From the NCBI GenBank assembly GCA_937625935.1, contig OW569367.1, positions 310,001 to 374,000 on the forward strand: a stretch of 64,000 nt of DNA, in the 5' to 3' direction. Source of the stretch: Tetramitus jugosus. Taxonomy: Eukaryota > Protista > Heterolobosea. Under the pieces are notes generated by a model. The model worked only from the letters and a program-made list of their open reading frames with translations, was not told where the DNA came from and did not search any database. This document shows positions 44,021-55,127 of this stretch, one piece after another; position 1 is the first letter of the stretch; the number at the start of each line of letters is the position of its first letter. Position numbers and translations under genes: made by a program.

Positions 44021-45991
44021 TTATACGAATTGTTGCTTGGTTGTAAGTAAGTAATTGAGTAACAGTGGGAGGTTGTTGTTCTGGTTCACGTGCTGTGATG
44101 CCTCTTCACTGTAAATCTTGTCTTGTGTCATGTCTGACAGGAACAGGTAGACTTTGACTTGCTTGCTGGAGACAATTTCAATTTCAATACTGCGGATTGT
44201 AGATTGTGTTTCAGTTTCATCTGAAGGAACAATGCGCATAACAATCGTCAAGGGAGGTAGAATCGTTATCTCGACGTGATGTTCCAAAGAGTTCTCAGTA
44301 GTTGTTGCATTGACATCCACTTGATCATCGTCATCAGTCATCATACTATCCGTGTCTTTCTTGTTGGTTGTGCTCTGTTGATGAGGTGATGGAACAAAGC
44401 ATTCAGAGTACAGATAGTTGAATCGTGTTTGGGATCTCAGAGCCTCCAAAATCAATGGAATATGTGATAGTTGCGTAAATGGAATCTTGGACATGATAAT
44501 AGCATTGGAAGTGGATGGTGATGTTTCACCTTGATCCGCATGGAATACATATGACCGCGATGTTCCATCATCATTCTGCAGTGTCATTCTATGAGAAAAT
44601 GATGAAGATAAATGGATATTTTGACAAATTGCAGAATCTTTTGATGGCAATGGAGCACTGCTGGAGCTCATCGTATTCTTAATACTGCCCAACAGTGCAT
44701 CACTCAAAGCCAAACTGCTCGTCATGTGACACACCATCCGTTCTGACACATTACTTGTCGCATATTGACTCAACTGTTGCGCTGTAAACATTGGAATCTC
44801 AATGGGAGGTTGCAGCAAAAGAACAGGACAAGTCGATGTTGCAGTGTACTCATCAATACCCAAAATAGCAGAAAATTCAATCGGTGATTGAGAGGAAGAG
44901 GCAAAATACGTCATCGAAAGCCCTTCACATCTTCGATCAATTCTTCCATGTCCATTAAACACATTCTCGATCGGACTGCTCACTTTTTCTAGTTCCATTA
45001 GCCTTATCCGATTCCACAACTCTTGTTCAAACGTTTCAAACACTTTTAGTGTCATATTTTCACTCGCATCACTGTTCGCTTGTTCACCATCAACAATCGT
45101 AGCGACACAATGTGGAAACAGCTCCAAAACTCGTTTCTGTTGAAAGAACAGCATCACCTTCTTCTCAAACAAGTCATATTTTCCCATAATCAACTGCTCA
45201 TACAAATCCTTCTCAATCGCCTCATAATACTCTTTTTTCGCCGCAACTTGTTTCTCATCACGCATCGAAACAGATTGAAGAATACCATTCATGTCCAAAA
45301 TCACATCCAAAACATAACTAGAATTCGCAATCGTATAATACTGCTTTCCTTGACTCGCATACTCAAAGAATTGAAACAAATTTTGTTCCGGTTGAGTCGG
45401 AGGATTTTCATTCGATTTTCTCGAATGATGATGATGATACAAGTGTGCTACATAATTTGATTGATTCTCCTTTTTTGCAATTCGTTTCAAAATTTGAATG
45501 ATTCGAACAATGCGCTGCCCACCGACATGAACTGTCGTTGATTCTCGATGTGGCGTCACATTTTTCAATCGTTCTCTCTCCAAACAATAATCAGTCAACA
45601 CGTTGGTACACGTCTCCAACGTTTCATTCAAAAAAGCTTTTTGAGTCACCGTTTTTTTGTGATCTTTCCATTGCTTGAAAAAAATTTTGGCGTCATTGCT
45701 ACTGCTTGTTTGTTGATGAGAAGATGGTGTCAATGGAGAAGAATTGACACCACCACTTGAAGTAGCAGCAGTCTTGATCTCATCCGAATATTTTGCAAAA
45801 AATTGGAGAGAGCTTCGAAGGTCACTCAACGCACTGGAAAGTGCTTTTTGTGAGTGAGAAAAATTAGCGTTGCCATAGGGATGAAAACGACCAGTGTCTT
45901 CTTCTTTTGTGAGACCTAGTTGTGTAATCATTTCACTCCATTCATTTTTAAGGAGTTGTAAACTGCCTGGTTGATCTTCACCAATGTTCAT
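44021..45991 (-). CDS. MED1: Mediator subunit MED1-like
   Basis: GHG.I..R.EGL.MTYF, L.L.PPI, SKIPFT..SHIPLIL..LR.Q..FN.L..CF. Confidence 0.65.
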   Translation of the reverse strand: MNIGEDQPGSLQLLKNEWSEMITQLGLTKEEDTGRFHPYGNANFSHSQKALSSALSDLRSSLQFFAKYSDEIKTAATSSGGVNSSPLTPSSHQQTSSSNDAKIFFKQWKDHKKTVTQKAFLNETLETCTNVLTDYCLERERLKNVTPHRESTTVHVGGQRIVRIIQILKRIAKKENQSNYVAHLYHHHHSRKSNENPPTQPEQNLFQFFEYASQGKQYYTIANSSYVLDVILDMNGILQSVSMRDEKQVAAKKEYYEAIEKDLYEQLIMGKYDLFEKKVMLFFQQKRVLELFPHCVATIVDGEQANSDASENMTLKVFETFEQELWNRIRLMELEKVSSPIENVFNGHGRIDRRCEGLSMTYFASSSQSPIEFSAILGIDEYTATSTCPVLLLQPPIEIPMFTAQQLSQYATSNVSERMVCHMTSSLALSDALLGSIKNTMSSSSAPLPSKDSAICQNIHLSSSFSHRMTLQNDDGTSRSYVFHADQGETSPSTSNAIIMSKIPFTQLSHIPLILEALRSQTRFNYLYSECFVPSPHQQSTTNKKDTDSMMTDDDDQVDVNATTTENSLEHHVEITILPPLTIVMRIVPSDETETQSTIRSIEIEIVSSKQVKVYLFLSDMTQDKIYSEEASQHVNQNNNLPLLLNYLLTTKQQFV

Positions 45992-46187
45992 TGTTTTTTT
46001 GTTTTTTGATCAAAAAAAAAATGCTTTTGTTGATGGTCGTTGGTTCTAGAAACAACGGAGTAAAGAAATGCAAGGGCAACTATGCGAACTTTTAGGTGTT
46101 GGGACACTTTGAAGCAAGAAGGGAGTAAAGTAATGGTAAATTCTTACACTACTGAGCCACGTTCATTTATTCTTTCAGAGAATGGAG

Positions 46188-46497
46188 TCCACTCAATGAA
46201 GTGGATAATATGCGTGGATAGATATGAGTTTGGTCATTTGTATTGACTGATGATACGTAACATCAGTCCGTTTATGGAAATTTATTATCCATGTATCCGT
46301 GGAGTAGAATCATGATTCGCATGCACTCTCCAACTTTTAATTTGCCAACCAGTTGCGATTAATCGCTAGTGAAGGAATGTGATCATCACACAATGCTAGA
46401 GTAACTAAGACATCCACTTGCAATTGCAAATTCTGCTCAAGAATGAACAAGAAAACCAAGTTCGACCACAACTCACTGTATGGTACGTCCGTACGGA
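46188..46497. promoter_or_regulatory. Cluster of perfect palindromes and short inverted repeats in a divergent intergenic region
   Basis: GAATCATGATTC, GCGATTAATCGC, TGTGATcATCACA, TTGCAATTGCAA, TCCGTACGGA, TCCACT-N6-AGTGGA. Confidence 0.4.
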
Positions 46498-46711
46498 GTT
46501 AAATTCCTTTTTGAAAGATTGCCAATCGGGGTTCTCGTGTTTATCTTTCAGAAGGTTCGGCATTATCTCTCTCCGGTGTGTCACAAAAGGGCAGTAGCAA
46601 AAGCACAAGTCCAAATAAAAATCAAACAGATGTGACAAATGATGTTTCAAATGCTGGACATAATCTCCCTTAGGTGCTTCCAGATCGAAAAGCTCACATT
46701 GGGAAGAAAGT

Positions 46712-48311
46712 ATGCTCGAGTTCCAAGCACACTCGGAGTACAACCTTCTAGTGTCCAAGAAAATTCCTCGTTTTCCGATTATCCTCATGCCCATGTGTTA
46801 CCTGGTATCGTGTCACCTCATCTCTCTCATCCTCCATTTTGACTATTCAAATAAACAAAACAACCAAGAATACCAAACTTTAACCTTGCAAGTATCGTCT
46901 TACGAAAAGTACAATTTTTCGGGCCAAGAAATGCTCCTCATGAGAAACTCTTCAATAGTCCCAAACACCCTGAGGACTGATGCTCTTAGTCTGTCCATAC
47001 CGGACCACATCGAGCCTCCACCAACACAGCAGCTGAACAAGAAGCGTCTCTCTCCCAACAAGCAACAAAACAACCTGTTCTTTCGCATTAAGAACTTTAG
47101 TCTGAAGTCTCCCAGGTCTCCTCGATCACCCAGAACACCTTCATCTCCCAACTCACCAATATCACGAAAAGAGTTTCGTGGTTTATCACAACTTAGAAAG
47201 TTGTTGTTGGGTGTTGGTTCTCAATGTCCAGCAGATCATGTCTTTCTGGCCCAGTTAGAGAAATTGAAGTCAATGCCTGTGAAGGGTAAGGATATTGACA
47301 CAAAAGAGTACAAAGATATTGTCTTGCGGTTGTCTAAGCTGGCAATAGTCAGAGATCCAAGAACAGAGTTTGATGGATTGACATTTTTAGCAAAGAGTTC
47401 TTCGTAAGTGTTTGTTACCGTGTTTTGTGTTTGTTCAGAGGTGTCACCATACTAATTAATCATTCATCTTCAGAAAATCCTGTAATTTATTCCTGTGCCA
47501 CTCTGTAAATAATATGAAGGACAAATATGTCATGAAAGTCACTCAAATGAAATCTAGAGATATTGTAATTAATGTAGAGTCCGAGGTACGGTTAACCAGG
47601 CAATGCAACCACCCTCATATCTTAAGCTTTCATGGTGCCTATGCCTCAGATGAGAGTATCTTCATGGTTACCAAGTACTGTCAGAACGGTACTCTGACAC
47701 ACTTTATGGAAAGATACAAAATCTTAACAGAAAAACAAATATCTTTTATTTGTCAACAAATATTGTCTGCTCTTCATTACTTGCATAGTGAGAAGCACAC
47801 AATGCATTTGGATGTAAAGAGTGATAATATTTTGGTCGATGAACACCATCGATTTCTGTTGTCAGACTTTGGTTTGTCCTATGCCATGGACAGCCAAGAA
47901 GGAACATTCAATGACTTACGAGGGACTCCACATTGGGTAGCACCAGAGATGCTCACACAGGAGCAATACAACTCCAAGGTGGACATTTGGAGTTTTGGAG
48001 TGGTAGTGTGGCAACTTATGCACGAAGGTTTAGTTCCTCATCATCGAACCAAGTGTGTAGCTCAAATCCTGGAAAAGATTAAGTTTACTTATCCTCGGTT
48101 AGAGATTGGTCATTCTTGGTCTCCAAACATGGTTGATTTTCTGTTCAAGGCACTGGATAAAGATCCTGAACAAAGATGGTCAGCAGGACAGTTGCTGCAG
48201 CATCCATTCATCACAATGTGTGACGAAAGAGCTCTTGATTTGTCACAACTGAACCAACAACAAGCCACTTACTATGTACAACAAGACCTTCTCGTGCCTG
48301 CGGCCATATGA
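46712..48311 (+). CDS. STE20/PAK-like Ser/Thr kinase; intron 47404-47473; start uncertain (46712 or 46931)
   Basis: VMK, HLDVKSDN, DFG, GTPHWVAPE, KVDIWSFG, HPFI; splicing keeps the frame. Confidence 0.85.
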
Positions 48312-48519
48312 CCCGCAATTGCTTGTGCTGAACACGATGGAACATGATCCGATTTGGTGAACCCTCTTTCATTCAAACGACCAAAAAATAGACAGCTGTG
48401 ACAAGCTCTGAGATGGAGATCACAACAACATCACCAACAAAAAGAAAGAAGATATACCAGTGATATCATCAATCCTCCTCGTCATCCACATCGCAAGAGT
48501 AAAGTTCAACAACATTACC

Positions 48520-49167
48520 ATGTCAAACAACAACAGCGTACAAAAACCTCCACTGCCATCTATTCACGTGTCTCCCACTACCTCTCCCACCACTCCGACT
48601 GACAAGGACAACAATAACACGACGACTGCTACGACAACAACAAAAAATGGCTCAACCACTCATATGACTTCACCACGGTTGTCCTATGGTTCTTCAACGA
48701 GTAGTCTCCTGGTGCAACAAGTGGAACAATTATTGATGCAAAAGACTCACCAAGAACAAGAGTCCAACCAAAAACTCGCGGCAAAAATTTCGCGCCAAAA
48801 CGACACGATCATTCAATTACAAAAGGAGAATTTGGAGCTACAGAATCAAAATTTCTTTTTGAACAAAAAGTTGGATGAGAAGCAGAGAGAGCTTGAGAAG
48901 GTCCAAAAGGAATTTCGAGATGATCGCTTGCTCATCTATCATCACCTCTTGTTGTCTTGTAAAATAGAGAGTGATACAGTCAAAAAGACGTCAACAACAG
49001 TGGAGCAGCACAAGAAGAAGAAAAGCAGTGGTGAAGTTTCTTCTGCTGCAGATGCACAAGAACATGCAATAGAGTTAGATTTGACAGAGTTGGCCCAGTT
49101 GGCACTCGAGCAGAACGTACCCTTGAAACAAGTGCGTGAATGGTATCTTGCTAAGACAGGCCAGTGA
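48520..49167 (+). CDS. Coiled-coil hypothetical protein
   Basis: Open 215-aa frame from ATG; Thr/Ser-rich N-terminus, heptad-rich middle. Confidence 0.65.
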   Translation: MSNNNSVQKPPLPSIHVSPTTSPTTPTDKDNNNTTTATTTTKNGSTTHMTSPRLSYGSSTSSLLVQQVEQLLMQKTHQEQESNQKLAAKISRQNDTIIQLQKENLELQNQNFFLNKKLDEKQRELEKVQKEFRDDRLLIYHHLLLSCKIESDTVKKTSTTVEQHKKKKSSGEVSSAADAQEHAIELDLTELAQLALEQNVPLKQVREWYLAKTGQ

Positions 49168-49329
49168 TGATTGGTTTCTATTTTGTGTCGTCTTTCTAAC
49201 ATTTTTACAACAAAGTTGTACAGATAAGGATCACTTCAATGTCAAACAACTAAGATACTGGACTCATTGGACACATGTGACAGTTAGCTGTCCAATTTTA
49301 TCTGTTCTGATCTTTCCTTGCCTTGATGA

Positions 49330-50163
49330 TGAGTCACTCCCTAGTCCAAGGACCCACCTCCCGCGGCAATAGAACTTTTGTTGGTTCTTACATGCCTGCC
49401 TTTCAAATTTTTGACGTCCGTGAAGATAAACCTTTTAAAGAATTGTACTCTGATCGACATGACTGGCACTCCAGTTCGACTTCACCTTTAATGAACTTGA
49501 TGTAATCGAGGGTTGGGTTGTTCATTGGAAGTACTGCTCATCGCGTTAAGGATCGGAGAAGGCACTGCAATAGATCTATGAGTAGATGAGATTGGGATCG
49601 AGACATCAGTAGATATTGGGACTGAAGCACATGTTGTGTGTTAGGAGCAGAGAGAGTAGAGGACGATACTTCTTGAATAAAGCTCCTAGCATCATTACAA
49701 TTGTTGAACTTGTCGACGTCTACACTCTTGTCTATGGGCCAAGACACTATTGATCCGAGCACAACCTGTTCGGATTCACCAGGTACTTCATAACCAGACA
49801 CAAACTGTTCCCTCAGACCTACAACTGAACTCTTTCTTGCACTGGAATCATCTAACTCTTGTCGTAATGCCACAACAAGAGAACAATGGAATTGAGAATC
49901 ATCTAAGTAACTGCACCTGTGACATTGGAGTACATGGTGCGAAACAACGGATCAACAGCAATTCGACCGCCAAACTCTCAGACAACAGGCATGATTTTAT
50001 TAATATGGATATTCGGTAAGTCTACTAACAGTAGCACGGGTGATAGGGCGGTCCGAATTGTGAAAATCGTCAAGTCAGACACCAACGTCATGCTGCACGC
50101 ATAAGAACTAAAGGATGGGTTCTTTGTTGGACTGGAGGTGTGAGAGATCAAGACAACAGTCAT
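49330..50163 (-). pseudogene. Probable decayed gene remnant
   Basis: Fragmentary protein-like frames with stops, e.g. FGGRIAVDPLFRTMYSNV. Confidence 0.3.
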
Positions 50164-50280
50164 GACTTGTGATCATGTTGAGTGTGTAAAAAAGGATCCT
50201 TTTTGTAAAGTTGAAAAAATCAAAGTCTGCAAGAATTGTTGTTATCTCGGAAAATCAAATCTCAAGGAAAAAACAGAGTG

Positions 50281-51117
50281 ATGAGTTCCTGCAACGGTAA
50301 CCAAGAGACAGCCCTCCCACAACTCGAGATTCCAACCGGTATCAGGTTTCATCACAAAGGTTTTGTTGTTGCAGCGGGAAGATTAGAGTATATCGACAAC
50401 GTGTTCTCGATTGTTACATTGACTTCAATTAGTGATGGGTTGAATGATCTCCCAGCTTCATTTGGAGAACTCAAAAAACAACAATATCCAAAGGTGTATG
50501 AGATATTGGAGAAGTTGTACCCAAAGAGGAACAATATTGTAACGACGTGGGCTGCTAGAGTATCGATACAAGTCGATGGGGAATGGAAAATGATTGAGCA
50601 GGGAAACAAAAAGGTTTGGAGGAAGGGTCAGCATGTTGTTGTGGGTCAACGAAAGTTCTCAAGAAACTATCTCGTCGAGAATGTTGTCAACACCAAATCC
50701 ATAGACGAGTTTTCTGACTTGTTCCAAAGTGATTCCCAAACAAACAACCCAAAGGACATTTCCTCGCTTGGTGAAAATCATGTAAATCTCACCACGAAGA
50801 AACGAAACCTCGAAAATGATACGGAACCTAACAATACACCAAAGAAAAGCAGAATCGAACGTGTGGTTCCTTCAAGCTCGGCTGATGAAAGAATAGCAAC
50901 AAGAAACAATCACCAGTCCACCTCATCTTCGGATAACACCATGGATGACAATCACACTAAAATAGCCAGACAAGTTCGTTGTCTCGTGAGTGCAATTGAG
51001 AGTCAATTAACTCAAAAGACTGTGGAAATGGAAAGAACAAGAGCTGAATACAATCGCCTGCATGATCAAATTCAAGAGCTCCAAAAGAAGAAAGAGCTCT
51101 TAGAACAGATAGCCTGA
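50281..51117 (+). CDS. Hypothetical protein with globular N-domain, NLS-like motifs and C-terminal coiled coil
   Basis: 278-aa ATG ORF; TKKR..PKKSR. Confidence 0.6.
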   Translation: MSSCNGNQETALPQLEIPTGIRFHHKGFVVAAGRLEYIDNVFSIVTLTSISDGLNDLPASFGELKKQQYPKVYEILEKLYPKRNNIVTTWAARVSIQVDGEWKMIEQGNKKVWRKGQHVVVGQRKFSRNYLVENVVNTKSIDEFSDLFQSDSQTNNPKDISSLGENHVNLTTKKRNLENDTEPNNTPKKSRIERVVPSSSADERIATRNNHQSTSSSDNTMDDNHTKIARQVRCLVSAIESQLTQKTVEMERTRAEYNRLHDQIQELQKKKELLEQIA

Positions 51118-51176
51118 TCTCGAGATGGGGTGATCGTTGAGGTCAAGCCCTTTAGGTGGTCATTTTATATTCTAAT

Positions 51177-51858
51177 TTATTCGTCAGTCAATCGTTGATG
51201 CAAGTCATTACTGGTGATGCCCTGCTGTCTCTGGGGTGTGATCAATCCTGCTACCAAGTACGTTCCCAAAATAAAAATATCGAGGAATATGATGGCATAG
51301 TTCATGACAATGAATATTCTAGTCTTTGCCAATACTTCTGGTTGTTCTCTCTTGCACTGCAGTGGAGAAAAGTTAGGTGAGATTGAAGGAGAATCATAGA
51401 TACAATACATACATATCCTTTCTTGTGCAACTTGTCAGATGCAAGAATCAACATTATCAACGAACAAACATTGATAACAAAGTGGCTGATAGATAGCCAA
51501 AATCTGGCCATTGTAAACCTGATAGTTGTGTTTTGTCTTAGGGATGCCACTATCTCTGTGATGAGCAACATGAGTATCAGGGTGATCAGTCCTGAATACA
51601 CAAAGTTTAGGATTCCATTCACAAGAATAAAGTGAGATATTTTGGATGTTGGACAGTTGGTAGTACTTGGTATGTCTTTAATCGCATTGTGTGCAACAAT
51701 AGCTAGAATTGCCAGAGAGAAGCTAACAAGAGAGAGTTACGTGAGAAGAAATGAGAATCAAGCTCAGCGAGAAAAGTGACATACCTGCAAGCTAGCTTCA
51801 CAAGGTTATCGATTATACTGAAGATAGATGAGAATGATAGAAATTGAGGTTCACTCAT
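51177..51858 (-). CDS. Small 4-TM membrane protein, paralog 1; join(51785-51858,51413-51722,51177-51356)
   Basis: Two GTATG..AG introns give a continuous frame; YCKREQP aligns with YCKTEAP of the neighbouring gene. Confidence 0.7.
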
Positions 51859-51930
51859 GTTCAAGTTTTGTGTGATCTTGGAATTCGCGGCACTGTTCCA
51901 AAATGGAAACCGTAGTTTCTGTGAACTGTT

Positions 51931-52596
51931 TTATTCTTCGCGTGAGAGGCGATATGCAGAAGGATCTCTGATGCCATCACTATTGGCAACCAACATAAAA
52001 AGTACAAGGGAGAGTGCGCCACAGCACACACAACAAAGCAAACAGATTTCAAGTGCAGCTGTCACCCCAATCAACACAAAATTTCCAATGAGGTATGGCT
52101 TGGCATAAGCATAGAGCAATGGAGCTTCCGTTTTACAATATTGATGCCCAAATGTCTTCACTGACATGACAACCAACAAAATGGTTGTTGTTATGCCAGC
52201 ACAGCCTTGAAAACAAAGTACACATGAACTGATAAATGAAGATTGTCCACCGTCATCTTTTCGAGGCAAAGCAAAGTGTTCCAACAAGACAGCAACACTG
52301 TGCAAGCACTGGAGAACCGCGACTACAAAACAGACCATTCCATGAGTAAACAGAATACCCTTGACGGAATTCACTTGACAATGCTCTGCATTGTTAGGAA
52401 CGGACTTCATTCCATATGAAGCAACCATGGCCCATATTCCCAACGCTAAGCTAAAATGAATTTTCGGGTCAATTTCAATACACGTGAAACAAAAGTGCAC
52501 TAAACCAACACAAAACACAATTGAATGAGATGTGACACTGTAGATGATACGAACGATATGGAAATCTTGATCAAGTTGGTGCACAACGACCAACAT
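51931..52596 (-). CDS. Small 4-TM membrane protein, paralog 2
   Basis: Four hydrophobic segments, conserved Cys positions, Cys-rich last TM. Confidence 0.7.
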   Translation of the reverse strand: MLVVVHQLDQDFHIVRIIYSVTSHSIVFCVGLVHFCFTCIEIDPKIHFSLALGIWAMVASYGMKSVPNNAEHCQVNSVKGILFTHGMVCFVVAVLQCLHSVAVLLEHFALPRKDDGGQSSFISSCVLCFQGCAGITTTILLVVMSVKTFGHQYCKTEAPLLYAYAKPYLIGNFVLIGVTAALEICLLCCVCCGALSLVLFMLVANSDGIRDPSAYRLSREE

Positions 52597-52836
52597 GTTT
52601 GTGCAGATTCATTCCGCAGTTCCAAGTCAGTATCCGACATGTCTTCTTTTCAAATATTGGCGAGTGAGATCGCAGATAATGGATTTGTTCTCTGATCCAG
52701 TTCTTCCTGCTTCTAAGTTTGTCCATCTTTTTACCGATTGCCCGATCTCCATTCACCAACATGATTGAAGAAAAATTTTGTTCACACGAAAAATCTTTTC
52801 CGCGCAACCTTCAAAAAAAAACAAAGAGTGGCAAAC

Positions 52837-55086
52837 ATGATTAAGCAATTCAAATCAGTGAGTCAAACTCGCAAAGCTTCCTCCTGCTATGCTCTCACAA
52901 CTCACAACAACAAAACCATTCCCAACAGACTCCTCATCACTCCAAACTCACCACCCCTTTTCTATCACAATTCTCCCGCTCATTTCTCCGCCTCCGACAA
53001 TGACAACAATCATGAAAATGACAATAGCAACAGTGTACCCATGTCCCCATTCCACGAAGATCCAAAACATAAGGGCATATCCGAAGTGTTCCGAACTTAT
53101 CACTCCCGTTTCAACACGATTCTCTCCAAGAGTAAAACAAAAATTAGTCGAACAACAACAACAACAACAACAACCAGTACTACCACTTTTTCCAACAAGT
53201 CATCATCATCATCTTCATCAGTCAAGCCCAGACAAGAACGAGCAAGCTCAACAACAAGAAATAGAAAATCATCGGGTTTTTCGTCGGGAAATAGAAACAG
53301 CGGAGAATTATCATCATCTACGATGATGACGTCGAGTGTGGTGGTTACGTCACCCAATGTGAACAAGATGGAACAAAAAGTGAAGAGTAGACATGTGAGT
53401 GCATTGGTCAATGAAAAATTTTCAAATGAAAAATTGAGTCGATTGTTTGGTATTCAAAGTGATGCTGCTACAGCAACAAAAAACATGAATCATCAAGAAA
53501 ATAAGCAATTGGTATCTGATGATGATGAAGCTTCATCCACCTTGATTGATGATTCCATGTCAAGCTTTTTTGAAAATGATGACACGAAGAAGCAGGTGAC
53601 GATGAAGAAAAGTGCGAATGCGAAACAAGTGGAAGCAGAACAAGAATTGAATCAATTGGTTGAAAAATTGTTTAGTGTTTCAACAGAGTCGGCTCAACAA
53701 TCGGAACTAGAGTTTCACAATTCGTTTGGTGCGGATTTCTTTGCAGGTTCACCAGTGCATGCATCTAATGATGACAATGCTTCCAGTGCACTGCGTACTA
53801 CAAGTAATAATAATAATAATAATAATGGTGGTGGTGGTCGTAATTTGAAGCATTTGTTGCAATCGAATGAGAAACAATTTGAGTTGGATGATTCGATATT
53901 TAATCAAAGAGAATTGATGAGTAGTGGTGAGTCAAAGGCAAGTCAGAGAGTTTCTCCTTCTCGTGATTTCAGAGTGAATGATGGAGAAGCAGATGGTGAT
54001 GGTGATGGATTGGGATATTTGAACAGTGGTGATAGATCATCATCAAGACGTCGTTTCTCCATCATGAACGAAGAAGAACAAGCAGATGCGAGTGAGGAAA
54101 CGAGAAGAAACGAGTTGATTGATTTATTGAAACGATACATCAATCATTTGAGTCCAGAGTACATGAGGCCACCGACCAAGCACAATCCAAGGGACACTCC
54201 CATGCTCACTTCACTATTGAAAACAGTGAAAAAGAGTGTAGAGTTGAACGAACAACAGTATGCAGCATTGGAAAAGGCATTCATCAGAAAACATTTCATG
54301 AAGAAGATTGTTGTGACGGACAATGTGCCTCAGAAAACAATCGAGTTGGCAAATCCAGAGCAGGAGATTGATCCTGAGATTGCACTTGGTGTACTTGATG
54401 ATTTTTCACAGTACGAAGCACCAAACATTGATTTTAATGCAATGGTGAATCAAGTGAGACAAGAGAATCCAGCTGATTTTTTGAATAGTGGCGACAACGA
54501 TTTTGCAAGAAGCGCCACAGGAAGAGATCCTCCAAAGATTGCATATGATTCATTAGGTTATCAGTATGTTCCTACGACATTTGAAGAAGAAACTCCAGTA
54601 TTTGCCGTAGATACAGACAGAATCATTAGAAGGAAGCCTGCAACAGCAAAATCAGAGATTGATATGTTGTTGGGAGATTTGGAGACTGAGGAGGAGTTGG
54701 AAATGGTTCGGACGCAGCGGTCTCTCTTTGGTGAAACCCACGAGGGAGCTGCAACAATGAGTCTACAAGGCGAAACCTCGTTCAATCCTACCAAGTATGA
54801 GAAATTGGATATCGAAGACTTTAAGAATATGGTCTTCTTTGGTTCAGGTTCTGAGTCTCGATACACCCAAATGCTCGAAGAAGTGGTAGACGAGGAAGAG
54901 ATTCAACACAGGAAACAAGATGAAGAATACTCTAGCATACTGGATGAGGGTTATTTGTCACTACAACAGCTAAAATCAAACCACCAGAGACAATCAGCAT
55001 CAACTGTTTCCGCTTCCCAGATGGTTCCATGTGAGGACGAGGAACAATTCTTCCAAAATTTGATGAAATCTTACGAAGAAAAATAA
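52837..55086 (+). CDS. Large low-complexity protein with possible mitochondrial presequence
   Basis: 749-aa ATG ORF; basic/hydroxylated N-terminus, acidic C-terminal half. Confidence 0.65.
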   Translation: MIKQFKSVSQTRKASSCYALTTHNNKTIPNRLLITPNSPPLFYHNSPAHFSASDNDNNHENDNSNSVPMSPFHEDPKHKGISEVFRTYHSRFNTILSKSKTKISRTTTTTTTTSTTTFSNKSSSSSSSVKPRQERASSTTRNRKSSGFSSGNRNSGELSSSTMMTSSVVVTSPNVNKMEQKVKSRHVSALVNEKFSNEKLSRLFGIQSDAATATKNMNHQENKQLVSDDDEASSTLIDDSMSSFFENDDTKKQVTMKKSANAKQVEAEQELNQLVEKLFSVSTESAQQSELEFHNSFGADFFAGSPVHASNDDNASSALRTTSNNNNNNNGGGGRNLKHLLQSNEKQFELDDSIFNQRELMSSGESKASQRVSPSRDFRVNDGEADGDGDGLGYLNSGDRSSSRRRFSIMNEEEQADASEETRRNELIDLLKRYINHLSPEYMRPPTKHNPRDTPMLTSLLKTVKKSVELNEQQYAALEKAFIRKHFMKKIVVTDNVPQKTIELANPEQEIDPEIALGVLDDFSQYEAPNIDFNAMVNQVRQENPADFLNSGDNDFARSATGRDPPKIAYDSLGYQYVPTTFEEETPVFAVDTDRIIRRKPATAKSEIDMLLGDLETEEELEMVRTQRSLFGETHEGAATMSLQGETSFNPTKYEKLDIEDFKNMVFFGSGSESRYTQMLEEVVDEEEIQHRKQDEEYSSILDEGYLSLQQLKSNHQRQSASTVSASQMVPCEDEEQFFQNLMKSYEEK

Positions 55087-55127
55087 ACATTCAGGTTTAT
55101 GAGCCTCACTTGGACGAATTCGTGATT

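Noticed and set aside
49900-49990. GRIAVDPLFRT as an FAD oxidoreductase or CFAP61 remnant
   Set aside because: A single short motif with stops on both sides; not enough to assign a family
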